Of a DNA stretch of 64,000 bases, positions 51,052 to 62,357 are shown one piece after another. The position numbers and the translations under genes were made by a program. The notes below the pieces were generated by a model, which saw only the letters and a list, made by a program, of their open reading frames with translations, did not search any database and had not been told where the DNA came from. The stretch covers positions 40,300,976-40,364,975 of the forward strand of contig NC_068998.1 in assembly GCF_001194135.2 (NCBI RefSeq), in the 5' to 3' direction. The stretch is from Octopus bimaculoides (lineage: Eukaryota). Within the stretch, counting starts at the first letter, position 1; the number at the start of each line of letters is the position of its first letter.

Positions 51052-51215
51052 TATAGGCACAAGGCCTGAAATTTTAGAGGGAGAGGAGAAGTCGGTTGCA
51101 TCAGCCCCAGCACTTAATTGGCACTTATTTTTATCAATCTTGAAAGGATAAAAGGCAGAGTCAACCTTAGCAGAATTTGAACTCAGAGCACATAGACAGA
51201 TGAAATGCCATATGA
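51052..51215 (-). mobile_element. Family C SINE
   Basis: GGCACAAGGCCTGAAATTTT..GGATAAAAGGCAGAGTCAACCTTAGCAGAATTTGAACTCAG. Confidence 0.85.
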
Positions 51216-51543
51216 AGAAGACAGAAAATGTTTGGAAAAAAAAAGAACTGTGGATGCCTGTTGACAACAGTGACAGTGGCAGTAGTGGTGAAGATTTGGC
51301 AATGGCAGTGCTGTTAATGGGGGATAGCGGTAGGATGTGGTGGAAGATGAGGTCGTTAGGATAGTGGTGCTGCTGTTTGTAGTTTATGATGGGGCTGAGG
51401 AGGATAGTTTTATTGGTGGTGATGGTGGTGTTTGGGTGTTGTTTGCAGTTGATTGTAATGGTGGTGGTAGCAGTACTGGAAGTGGTGATAGCAGTGCTAG
51501 TGCTGGTGTCAGTACTCATGGTGGTGGTGGTGGCGGGGTTGCT

Positions 51544-51575
<32 letters not shown>

Positions 51576-52277
51576 GGTGGTGGTGGTGGTGNNNNNNNNN
51601 NNNNNNNNNNNNNNNNNNNNNNNNNNNNNNNNNNNNNNNNNNNNNNNNNNNNNNNNNNNNNNNNNNNNNNNNNNNNNNNNNNNNNNNNNNNNNNNNNNNN
51701 NNNNNNNNNNNNNNNNNNNNNNNNNNNNNNNNNNNNNNNNNNNNNNNNNNNNNNNNNNNNNNNNNACCTCATCATCCCTTTCAGTATCTTCAGGTTTTCA
51801 GCTTCCCAGCATCATTCAGCTTACCATCTTTGACTCTTCGGTAAACATTTCATCATGATGGAATCAGTTCAGTCTTTGTACTGATTTCCTCGTCAATCCA
51901 TTTTGGAATTTTTTTTTTTTTTTGTTATTTTTTGGTTGTTATTTTTTGGTTATGTTTCTGTTAGACTTTTTAATGCATTTTGAATTATCGTTTGGCAGAT
52001 TAGGAAGACACTACACACATACAATACACATATATATACACACATACAATACACATATATATACACACACACATACATATGCACATAAAAAAATGTATAT
52101 ACTATGCATTTATGTGCTTACTTTTATATGTATGTAAATACACACACACACACATATGCATACACAATGATATTTGTACTTGTATTTTTCACACCTCTCT
52201 TACTCCTATACACTGATAAAGCATGTGTATGTTTTATGTATATCTATATATATATATATATATACACACACACATAT

Positions 52278-52339
<62 letters not shown>

Positions 52340-52489
52340 GCATGTATATAAATGTGAATGTGTGTTTATATATACGAGCATCAAAATGTGTACATAAATA
52401 TATGTGTGTATGTAAATAATTGTGTGCACATGCATATAGCATGACAGATATACATTTATATATATAAATATATATTTGCATTTATATAC

Positions 52490-52587
<98 letters not shown>

Positions 52588-52741
52588 ATGTATATATATA
52601 TATATATATATGAATGTTTGTGCATAAATATATACTTGTGATTGTCATACTCCTATAAAATGCACATATACCTCACTTACATGTATATACTTATATATAC
52701 ATGAACAGTAAGCATGCATGCATATGCTTAGCACATGCATG

Positions 52742-52975
52742 TGGGCTTACAGAGAATCGCTCCATGTTTAATCAACCTGATAGAAATAGCAGCCAAATCT
52801 ACCTTGAATCACATCCTTGTGTCTTCCATAAAGAAAGGACATATCAGATAATTCTGTCCTGCTTCTAAAAGGACAGGATGGATGTTGCTGGAATCCATTT
52901 GATTATAATCAGATCTGTAATTATGGGTCTGCTGGATGTTTGGGTTGACATAAGGCTTAACACCAAAAATATACA
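52742..52975 (+). mobile_element. Family E short retroposon
   Basis: CCTGATAGAAATAGCAGCCAAATCTACCTTGAATCAC head; body and tail follow. Confidence 0.8.
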
Positions 52976-53524
52976 ACACATAAATGACATATCCAAATGC
53001 ACATACACACACATTTTACATATAAACATATATATACAGACACACATATATTCAACATAAACATAGATACATGCTCTCGACAATGTTGTTTAGAAGAGAA
53101 TTTGAACTCAATTCCAATGCATGTCAGTGAAGAATGTAAACATTGCCAAGAAAACTGACAAGCTGGTGCTTTCAAACAAAAATTCCCTACAGTATTTGTT
53201 CAAGTTGCACAGACACTATCACTGATGATTGATCCATTAAAAACACATGACCAATGATGTTGTTATTCACAAAAACCACACACACACACACACACACACA
53301 CATATCACTCCATTGTAGGAGACAATGTTTAGCCCCAAGTCACATCTGATGATCAAGTAGATCTATCATCAAATGCAGTCTAGCTATGACCAACCTGTAT
53401 TTTATTCACAGAAAGTGCTTTGAGAATTACATTATTCAGTGTGTCCCTCCCCATTTAATATGATAAGATGTGAGTCAAGGGAAAGTTAACTGCTATTTCT
53501 TGCAGTTTGACTGATCATGTAGAG

Positions 53525-53835
53525 CAGTGGTTCTCAACCCGGGTCCATACTGACCTTGGAAAATCATATAAGATTTTGTTGTTAAAATTTATGCACAATA
53601 AATTGGTTATATCTCTACAAAACACAAAATATTTTAACAATTAGGCATAGGAGTGGCTGTGTGGTAAGTAGCTTGCTTACCAACCACATGGTTCCGGGTT
53701 CATTCCCACTGCGTGACACCGTAGGCAAGTGTCTTCTACTATAGCCTCGGGCCGACCAAAGCCTTGTGAGTGGATTTGGTAGACGGAAACTGAAAGAAGC
53801 CCGTCGTATATATATATACGACAGGCTTCTTTCAG

Positions 53836-53868
<33 letters not shown>

Positions 53869-54195
53869 TTATGTTTGTGTGTCTGTCTTTGCCCCCCCCC
53901 CCCCAGCATTGCTTGACAACCGATGCTAGTGTGTTTACGTCCCTGTAACTTAGTGGTTCAGCAAAAGAGACCAATAGAATAAGTACTAGGCTTCCAAAGA
54001 ATAAGTCCTGGGGTTGATTTGCTCGACTAAAAGGCTGTGCTCTAGCATGACTGAAACAAGTAAAAGAGAATTCCTTTATACAATTCCTAATAATATTTGA
54101 TTATAAAAATATATGATTCTTTTCCACATGGGGGCCCAGTACAGTAGAATAGGAATCAAAGGGATCCATAGGCAAAAGATGGTTGAGAATCACTG
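53525..54195. mobile_element. hAT (Charlie-type) MITE with nested SINE
   Basis: TIR CAGTGGTTCTCAACC / GGTTGAGAATCACTG; 8-bp TSD ATGTAGAG (53517-24) / CTGTAGAG (54196-203), similar to the NTCTAGAN preference of Charlie elements. Confidence 0.92.
53643..54070 (+). mobile_element. Young composite SINE: family A, (TA/TG)n linker, family B module
   Basis: Intact A head and CORE-like region, followed after the microsatellite by the B module ending GACTGAAACAAGTAAAAGAG. Confidence 0.9.
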
Positions 54196-54259
54196 CTGTA
54201 GAGGCTCTTTCTTGGCTGAAAGTATAGCAGTTAACAGTATATTGTGTAATCATCATCAT

Positions 54260-54554
54260 CATCATCATCATCGTTTAACGTCCGCCTTCCATGCTAGCAT
54301 GGGTTGGACGATTTGACTGAGGACTGGTGAAACCGGATGGCAACACCAGGCTCCAGTCTAATTTGGCAGAGTTTCTACAGCTGGATGCCCTTCCTAACGC
54401 CAACCACTCAGAGAGTGTAGTGGGTGCTTTTACGTGCCACCCGCACGAAAACGGCCACGCTCGAAATGGTGTCTTTTATGTGCCACCCGCACAAGAGCCA
54501 GTCCAGGGGCACCGGCAACGATCTCGCTCGAAAAACCTCATGTGTCACTCGCAC
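54260..54554 (-). mobile_element. Young family D retroposon, longest visible copy
   Basis: Contains internal repeats of CTTTTAYGTGCCACCCGCAC..GCTCGAAA; ends at an N-gap. Confidence 0.9.
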
Positions 54555-55299
54555 NNNNNNNNNNNNNNNNNNNNNNNNNNNNNNNNNNNNNNNNNNNNNN
54601 NNNNNNNNNNNNNNNNNNNNNNNNNNNNNNNNNATTAGTTATAGATGTGAAGTACAGCAATTAAGAAAATGTTGTGTAGGGTGGTTGTTATGTTTGTGTC
54701 ATGTGTATTATGTATAGAATAGTGTTGTAATTACGTGTATGTAGTCTGGTAGTTGTGTGTGTATTGTGTAATGTGGTAGTTATGTATGTGCTATGTAGTA
54801 GTTGTATGTTATGTGTAGTGTAGTGGTTGTATCGTATGAGTAATGTTGAAGTTACATGGTATTTGTGTGTTGTGAGGTAGTTATGTATATATTGTATAGT
54901 GTGGTAGTTGTCCATATGTTGTGTGTGCTGTGGTAGTTATACAGTAATTATAAATATATAGTATACACTGCAGCATTTAGAAATTTATATATTTTCTTAA
55001 AATCAGGTATTTTTGCACCTGCTTCCTCTATATAATGCCATCCAACTGTGAAGGTAGTGTAACACTTGTAGACTTTATTTTTATTGTTTTATATACTGAA
55101 AGTAACACAACTTCTATATTATTACTGAAAGTAATTATGTACTTTATAAATAATTTAATTCTCATTTTTGGCGAAACTCCCAAAGGATTCAAGATCAGTA
55201 ATTTATTATGTAAATATAAGTTGGTTTACAACTTCATAACTTCCTTTTATTTTCTTCTTGTTTTTTTTTTTGTATTTTTCATTATTTTTCCCATACTAG

Positions 55300-55315
55300 G
55301 ATGAGTTTGTCGGAT
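55300..55315 (+). CDS. Candidate 16-nt micro-exon (DEFVG or MSLSD frame)
   Basis: About 55-nt T-rich tract ending CCCATACTAG, then GATGAGTTTGTCGGAT and donor GTGAGT; alternative donor at 55335. Confidence 0.3.
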
Positions 55316-56504
55316 GTGAGTTTACTAAATTTAGGTATTTGCATACAATTTGTTTGAATATCTGTTTTTAAACAGTCACATGACTCCTCTTGATGTTAAA
55401 ATATCAGACATGGACTGTCTGGCTGTAGTACTTGTTACATTAGACAGAAGCTAAAATATGTGAAGCTCAAATCCACTGCAGATGTCTTGTTGGATAATTA
55501 GAGAAGTGCACATTTAATGTCATTTTGTCTCATGTCACATAGCTTTCAATAATATGCTCCAGTATGGCTGCAGTTTAATGATTGTAATGTGTAAGAGGAT
55601 AAAAGAATCAGGCATGTATCATCATCATCATCATTTAACATCCATTTTCCATGCTTGCTGGCATAGGTTGGATAGCATGACAGGAACTAGCAAGGCCAGG
55701 GACCACACCAGGTTCCATAGTCCGTTCTGGCTTGGTTTCAGTGGCTGGATGCCCTTCCTAATGCCAACCACTCCACAGAATGCACTGGGTGTTTTTTTCT
55801 GTTGCACCATCATCAGTGCTTTGCACTACATATCTCTGTCCATGGTCATCTCCTTTGTAAGGTTCGGCGTTTTAAAAACCAAGAATGACTTTAATTTGCA
55901 ATCCTCGTTTGTTTCTTAAAATTATTGCTGTGGTAGTCATTACTAGCCAATGAGTTCCTAGTTAAATGCTCCCATAACTAAGGCAGCATTCCACTGGGGT
56001 AGGGATTTTTTCAATCAAAACCTGATTAGTTTGGTTCCTGACCAGGTGGCATCATGTTTGTCCTTGAGCAAGACACTTCATTTCATGTTGCTTCAATCCA
56101 CCCAGCTGAAAGTGAGTACCTACTGAGTACTGGTACAGCCATCTCACTTCTCTTACCCTGGCCGTCACATCTTAGATGTTCCAGTAGGTCAAATTGGTTA
56201 GAGGATCAAGGGGTTGTTTATGTCTGTCCATGACTATATAAGCACCTGAAATAATTTCTGAAAAGATATTTTCCCAAGTAATGCTCACTATGATTCTTTA
56301 TTTCCTACTGTAGGTGCAAGCAGGGCTGTGTGGTAAGAGATTTGAGCAAGTGTCTTTCGCTATAGCCCCCTAGGCCAGCCAAAGCTTTGTGAATGGATTT
56401 GGGAGATAGAAACTAAAAGAAGTCCATCTCTCTCTCTCTCCCACACACACACACACACTCACATTTATATTATGTAACGAGGCTTATTATGTGGTAAGGC
56501 TTCA

Positions 56505-57110
56505 ACAAGTAGAATAGCACTCGATCAGCAAGAGAGTAAAGATAATGTTATAATAAAAACCCTAAGTCTTCTGAAATTCAGTTACCCAGGGTTTTGTTGC
56601 CAAAACAGTAATTTATTTCATTATTTTTCAAGCTGAGAACAAGACTGTTTGTCAGTTGCTTTTTAAAGCAGATGACGTTGGAATAGGGAATGCTCATAAG
56701 AAAGAAGACAGGAAGAAAAGCACAGGGCAGATAAGCAATGTTACAATAAACAAATGTTCGAAAAATGTGTAAATAAGATATTAATGATTTACAATGTGTT
56801 CAGTGGCTTATTTTTAAATTCCACCAAGATGTATTTCTTAAAATGCAGACAAAGAAAAATCTCATTTCCGGAATTTACGTAGTTGTTGTGGCTCTCAAGT
56901 TCTTCAAGAGATATAGTTTTTCAAGAGAACACATTAAACATCTTTTTGGCCTGTTGATATAGGATTTGGTTTTGGAAAGGATTTTCCATTTGACATTGTA
57001 TTTAATCCCTTTGTCTTTAAGTTTCCTGATTGAAGCTGAAAGGGTAGTTGAATGTCTCTTATGATGTCTAAAAGTTGAAAGATGGTTGTTCAAGACTTGT
57101 GGTTTTCATT
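56505..57110 (-). mobile_element. Penelope-like element 3' end: GIY-YIG endonuclease tail plus terminal region
   Basis: ORF 56875-57093 NNHLSTFRH..STTLS..LKDKGIKYNVKWKILSKTKSY..KRCLMCSLEKLYLL matches the PLE C-terminal N.H..S..W.IL..C.LC..EK pattern. Confidence 0.85.
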
Positions 57111-57429
57111 ATAACATATGTATATATGTAGGTATATGTGTGGGCAAGTGTGTGTGTTTGTGTCTCCTTGACTTGTCATTGTGAGATTGTTGTAAATGAT
57201 TGTCACTGTAACATAAGCAGTTTCATTCATTTCCACTATTCAGTGAGACAATATCTGGTCGTGGGGAAACGTTACCTTGCTTGGAAATAGGTAAGGGTTG
57301 GCGACAGAATGAGCATCTAGCCATAGAAAATCTGCTACAATAAATTTCATCCATCACATAGAAGCATGGAAATGTGGATGTTAAATGGATGAGGGTGATG
57401 GTGGTGGTGTCTAATTAATTAGGCTAGTG

Positions 57430-57850
57430 ATTAAGTCCCATTTCTCTAATGTCAGATGGTTGCAGACAATGACTTTCTTTGGGTCAGTAACCAGCCTTTC
57501 CCAAATAACTTTACTTGTGGATGAAACAACATATTTCTTTTTCGTTTCTAGCTCAGTGATTAATGGAGATAATACCCAGGACCTTCAAAGTCCCTCTGAG
57601 ACTGGGTCAGATCAATACAATTTATGTTCAGTTTGGCAGTATCCATGACATTTGCTGGCCCTCTGAGACTGATGATATTGATGTGGCTTATGTTCAGTTT
57701 GAATATCTGTAAGCCAACACCTGCAGAGAAAATGTCGATGGTGTAGGAAGCTTGGGGTTGTGGGGTTACAAGGGATGATGTTCCAGAGAGGAAAGATTGA
57801 GCATGGTGATTAGTGGAAATGCCAATCAAGCTGATTTTATCAGTGGCAGT
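57430..57850 (-). mobile_element. Probable decayed LINE fragment with internal duplication of about 46 bp
   Basis: LQIFKLNI resembles an APE endonuclease start and LVTDPKK resembles a LINE linker motif; AAACTGAACATAA..CAGTCTCAGAGGG occurs twice. Confidence 0.35.
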
Positions 57851-58023
57851 AAACAGTCAGTAAGTTTAGAAGAGCAGTGACTGGTATACCCCTTGGAGGC
57901 AGGGGAGAGAAAAACAAAGAAAGAGAGAGAGAGAGAGAGATACAATGATGGGCAAGTATTTGTATTTATCTGGTAAATATAGTTCCAAATGCTTGAGTAG
58001 TTGAATAGTATTTATGGTCCACT

Positions 58024-58475
58024 TTAACCCTTTTGCTGCCATATTTCTGTGGAAATGCTTTGCCACGATTAATTTTGAAAACAATGAAGAATTTTTACTA
58101 AAATAATTTTGTTATTTTTATCCCTGTTGTTACCAATCCACCTGGGAACACCCTAGGTTCTATGACATAAACTTACTGTTTTGAAATGGTCTGAATTATA
58201 ATCTTTCATCAAAATTTTATGCTAAATTGTTCCAGACCCCAGCTTAATAATTAGAAGGTTATTTTACTAAATTCATTATTTTAAAAAAATATTTATTTCT
58301 AAAAAGCAGCATATGCTATTTTAAAAAAATATTTATTTCTAAAAAGCAGCACATGCTAACAGAAATATGGTAACAAAAGTGTTTGAAATAGAAATTAACA
58401 AGGAATTTTGATAGAAAGTTTTAACTTAGATCACTTTAAAACAGAAAGTTTCTTTCATAGAACTATTAGTGGTCT
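58024..58475. mobile_element. Two copies of one TTAA-type element, one nested in the other in opposite orientation
   Basis: Outer TTAA-CCCTTTTGCTGCCATATTTCTGT at 58024; inner copy about 58122-58383 is collinear with 43594-43827; 58384-58475 is the reverse complement of its left half. Confidence 0.7.
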
Positions 58476-58569
58476 TAAGTGGGTATCATAGAACTATTAG
58501 TGGTCTTAAGGAGTATTCATGCTACATACAGGATCAGCAATGGTTCAGGATCAAATGATTTTCTACTAC

Positions 58570-58925
58570 TATAAAGGCAAATCAAAGTTTGTGTTGGAAC
58601 CTTGGCTTTGAAATGTATGTGTAATGGCCATGAAGTACCATCAAGAATGGCATGGCTTGAAATTTATATGAAGTGTAAAGTATGATGGTGTTAGCTGTGC
58701 ATTGCTCATGAGTTGTAACTGGTGCTTTTATCCAGCTTCCAGAAGTGAAAGTTATAAATCATGGCTCCTTGTATTCTGATAATTAAATCTTCCTTCCATA
58801 ACGTTGTCATGTTGTTCATTTTCAACTTCCAACTTCAAACCTCCTTGCAACTTCAAATCATGCTCTTGCCACTGGGTGTTGAAATTGCCTTTCTGTATGA
58901 AAGCTGTTTGGAAGACATTTAGAAT
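58570..58925 (-). mobile_element. Tc1-type transposase N-terminal HTH remnant
   Basis: Minus frame ARA*FEVARRFEV..QRY..SG..KAPVTTHEQ..IILY with several stops follows the Tc1 paired-like HTH and GRP-VTT pattern. Confidence 0.55.
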
Positions 58926-59107
58926 AAACTGTTTCTGCTTTAGCTATTGATCAGTACAGCAGCATACACCTCCATGTACGCGTGCATGTGTGTGTGTGTG
59001 TGTGTGTACATATATTATTTGCTAACAAGAACAGAATTGACAATGACTTCAAAGTCACTATCAACAATCTTCTTCTTAAAGAATAATAAACATGTTATTT
59101 TAAAGTC

Positions 59108-59320
59108 AGTAAGCTGATGGAATTGTTAGCACGCCAGGCTAAATGCTTAGCAGTATTAAGTCCATCTTTACATTCTGAGTTCAAATTCTACCAAGGTAAA
59201 ATTTGCCTTTCATCCTTTCAGGGTTGGTAAAACAAGTACCAGTCAAGTACCGGGATCGATTTAATCAACTTCCCCACTCCTCTCAAAAACTGGTGACTCA
59301 GCGCCAAAATTTGACACCAT
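59108..59320 (+). mobile_element. Family C SINE
   Basis: GAATTGTTAGCACGCCAGGC..GAGTTCAAATTC..TTGCCTTTCATCCTTTCAGGG. Confidence 0.85.
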
Positions 59321-59598
59321 TATAACTCAACATAAAAGCAAACATTAATAGAGATAGCTAGCTAGCTAGATAGATAGATAGATAGATGGACGGACGGACG
59401 GATGGGCGGGCGGACGGACGGATGGACGGACGGACGGGCGGACGGATGGACGGACAGGCAGATAGATACATACATACATATATTTTTGGGGCCTAACAGA
59501 AGGGATTTTATTTTATTTAAGAGGAAATCAGAAACTTGATGTTGTATATAGTTTTAAATATATGTATGCATATTTGTATGTTTCTATGTACATATATA

Positions 59599-60339
59599 CA
59601 GAGTGCAATGGGTAAATTGTCACCACTTTATATTTTTAATTTCGTGCATGCACATTGCTTGTTTTTGGTTTTGGCAACTACACAGTATAGTAAGGTCAGT
59701 TGGGTACTGTCTGTGAGAAAAACAGCACCATGATGCAATTCACTCTGCCAGAAATTTAGAAATGACATGCTGTACTGCTTGGCATTCACACTGGAACTTC
59801 CGATATGAACATTTCAGAGTGATTTCATGTCAATCTGAGGACAGTGCCATCTGAGGACATGTATCAAGACTGATAAAAATCAAACATCCAGTCAACATCA
59901 TGGTGTCTGGAGTGATCACTAGTGATGGCGACATTATGCCTCCATTCATCTTCCCACATGGCCTTAGACTCAACACGGNNNNNNNNNNGGCGACATTATG
60001 CCTCCATTCATCTTCCCACATGGCCTTAGACTCAACACGGAGTCCTACATCAAGTGCCTGGAGGAGGTAGTGCTTCCCTGAGTCAAGAGGGTGGCTGCTG
60101 AAAAACCCTATGTCTGGCAACTGGACTCTGCACCATACCACACAAGCAGGAGAACCCAGTCATGACTGTCAGACAATTTCTGCAACCATATCACCCCTAA
60201 CATTTGACCATCTAACTCCCCAGACTGCAACCCCCTTGATTATTACGTGTGGGGTGCAGTTGAGCGAGAGACCAACAAAACTCCTTGTAACACCAATGAT
60301 GAACTGAAGTCAAGGATTATGGCAGCACTCACCAACTTT
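59599..60339 (+). mobile_element. DD37D (maT-type) Tc1/mariner element, internally deleted pseudo-transposase
   Basis: TA then CAGAGTG 5' end; N-terminal HAVLLGI..NLRTV; catalytic region WQLDSAPYH..(W)PSNSPDCNPLDYYVWG with 37 residues between the last two Asp; three TGA stops at apparent Trp positions. Confidence 0.9.
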
Positions 60340-60677
60340 GTGAGCAAGTGTATATGTTTAAGTGTGTCCCTTTGTTAGGTAGGCCCAGGATATGTTTGTA
60401 TTTAGCTAATTTTTGTCTTATTGGATTTAATCCTTTGCTCTGGCAATGCAAAGGTCAAAGGTACAAAGTCCAGTATTTACAACCTTAATAACTGGGTGTG
60501 TCAACATTTTGTAATGGAATTTTTTTTATACACACACTTTATCTATATCATCATCATAATCATCATCATCTAGCATCTATCTTCCATTCTAGCATGTGTT
60601 AGACAGTTCAACAGGATTCAATGAGCTATATATATATATATATAATATAATATGATATTATATTATATTATATGATA

Positions 60678-60888
60678 TCATCATCATCATCATCGTTTAA
60701 CGTCCGCTTTCCATGCTAGCATGGGTTGGACGATTTGACTGAGGACTGGTGAAACCGGATGGCAACACTAGGCTCCAGTCTGATTTGGCAGAGTTTCTAC
60801 AGCTGGATGCCCTTCCTAACGCCAACCACTCAGAGAGTGTAGTGGGTGCTTTTACGTGTCACCCGCACGAAAACGGCCACGCTCGAAA
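60678..60888 (-). mobile_element. Young family D retroposon
   Basis: Near-identical to 54260-54470; runs into an N-gap. Confidence 0.9.
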
Positions 60889-61290
60889 NNNNNNNNNNNN
60901 NNNNNNNNNNNNNNNNNNNNNNNNNNNNNNNNNNNNNNNNNNNNNNNNNNNNNNNNNNNNNNNNNNNNNNNNNNNNNNNNNNNNNNNNNNNNNNNNNNNN
61001 NNNNNNNNNNNNNNNNNNNNNNNNNNNNNNNNNNNNNNNNNNNNNNNNNNNNNNNNNNNNNNNNNNNNNNNNNNNNNNNNNNNNNNNNNNNNNNNNNNNT
61101 CTCACGCACAGCACATTTCCAAAGGTCTTGGTCAGTAGTCAGGTCTCGGAATATATGATTTATATATATAGTTATACTTAATGTGTATGTATGTGTATAT
61201 ATATATATAGATAGATAGATATAGATATACTCACACACACATATATGTACATTATATATGTATATATATTCTTTAGATATATATAGTTAC

Positions 61291-61336
<46 letters not shown>

Positions 61337-62156
61337 CATATATATACATATATATATATATNNNNNNNNNNTGTGTGTGTGTGTGTATACATATATATAC
61401 ATATATATATATATAGATCTTCAGACAATGACTAACTTATATCAGCCACAAATCAATAAGTTGCCATTAATATATACTACAGCTATGTTAGCTCCATCTC
61501 AAAGCTTGTTTTATTCGGTTCACAGATGTAAAGATGTCATTTTTGAAATCATCCTTTCTTCTTGTTTTGGTAACATCAGAAACAATGATGATGATGATGA
61601 CGATGACGATGACGAGGATGATGACGATGACGACGACGATGCCAGTGACAAACACTTCACAAACTTCTTCACTCTTGAGACTGAAAAATTACTACTACTA
61701 CTACTACTACTACTACTTCCACCACTACCACCACAGCTGGTGCTGCTGAATCTTACCTTCCTTCTTCTCTTCATCCTTCCTCCCACCCATGCTCTTAGCT
61801 TTCTGTTACTTTCATTTCACTTTGAGTTTCTTTGCTCCCTCTCTTCCCCACTGTCAATCTTTCCTCCTCTTTTCTCTTCAACACTCACCCACCCAAATAA
61901 TTCACTTTGGTCGCCCACTCACCCCACCCCCATATCTTTATTGATTTATTCATTGATTTCATGAAATGTGTCCCAACTCTGACTTCACCATCAAAAGGCA
62001 ATGACAATGTTGTTAATGTTGTTGTTTAGCCCTGTATCAGCCATAATGGAGCAGACCTGTAATCAGAGCCCTTCCAACCTTGGCCTCTCTATTTTTGTCC
62101 CTATGCACTGTACAACCAGGACCACATTATGCAAATGTGCTCTTCCTTTCTTTTAA

Positions 62157-62357
62157 CCCTTTAGAATTCAGGTTAATTCTGTCAAATGTAATGCTTATTT
62201 ATCATGCATTATCTTGTAGCTTTGAGATTTCGATGATGTGATTGTTTAATTTTAGAATGACATTGTAGGGTTGGTGTGAGGGGCCAGATCTAGCTGATTT
62301 AAACATAGAACAGGAAGAATATTTGGGCCATATATTGCCAATTTAAATACTAAAGGA
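62157..62357. mobile_element. About 200-bp TTAA (piggyBac-like) MITE inserted in a family E copy
   Basis: TTAA 62153-56, CCCTTTAGAATTCA .. TAAATACTAAAGGA, TTAA 62358-61; family E sequence resumes on both sides (62018-62152, 62362-62420). Confidence 0.8.

Noticed and set aside
58750-58945. 64-codon open minus frame (NVFQTAFIQKGNFNTQWQEHDL..)
   Set aside because: An overlapping frame matches a Tc1 HTH, so this is best explained as an alternative frame of a transposon remnant.
59929-60040. 50-bp direct repeat within the DD37D transposase
   Set aside because: Identical copies flank a 10-N gap: unmerged contig overlap.
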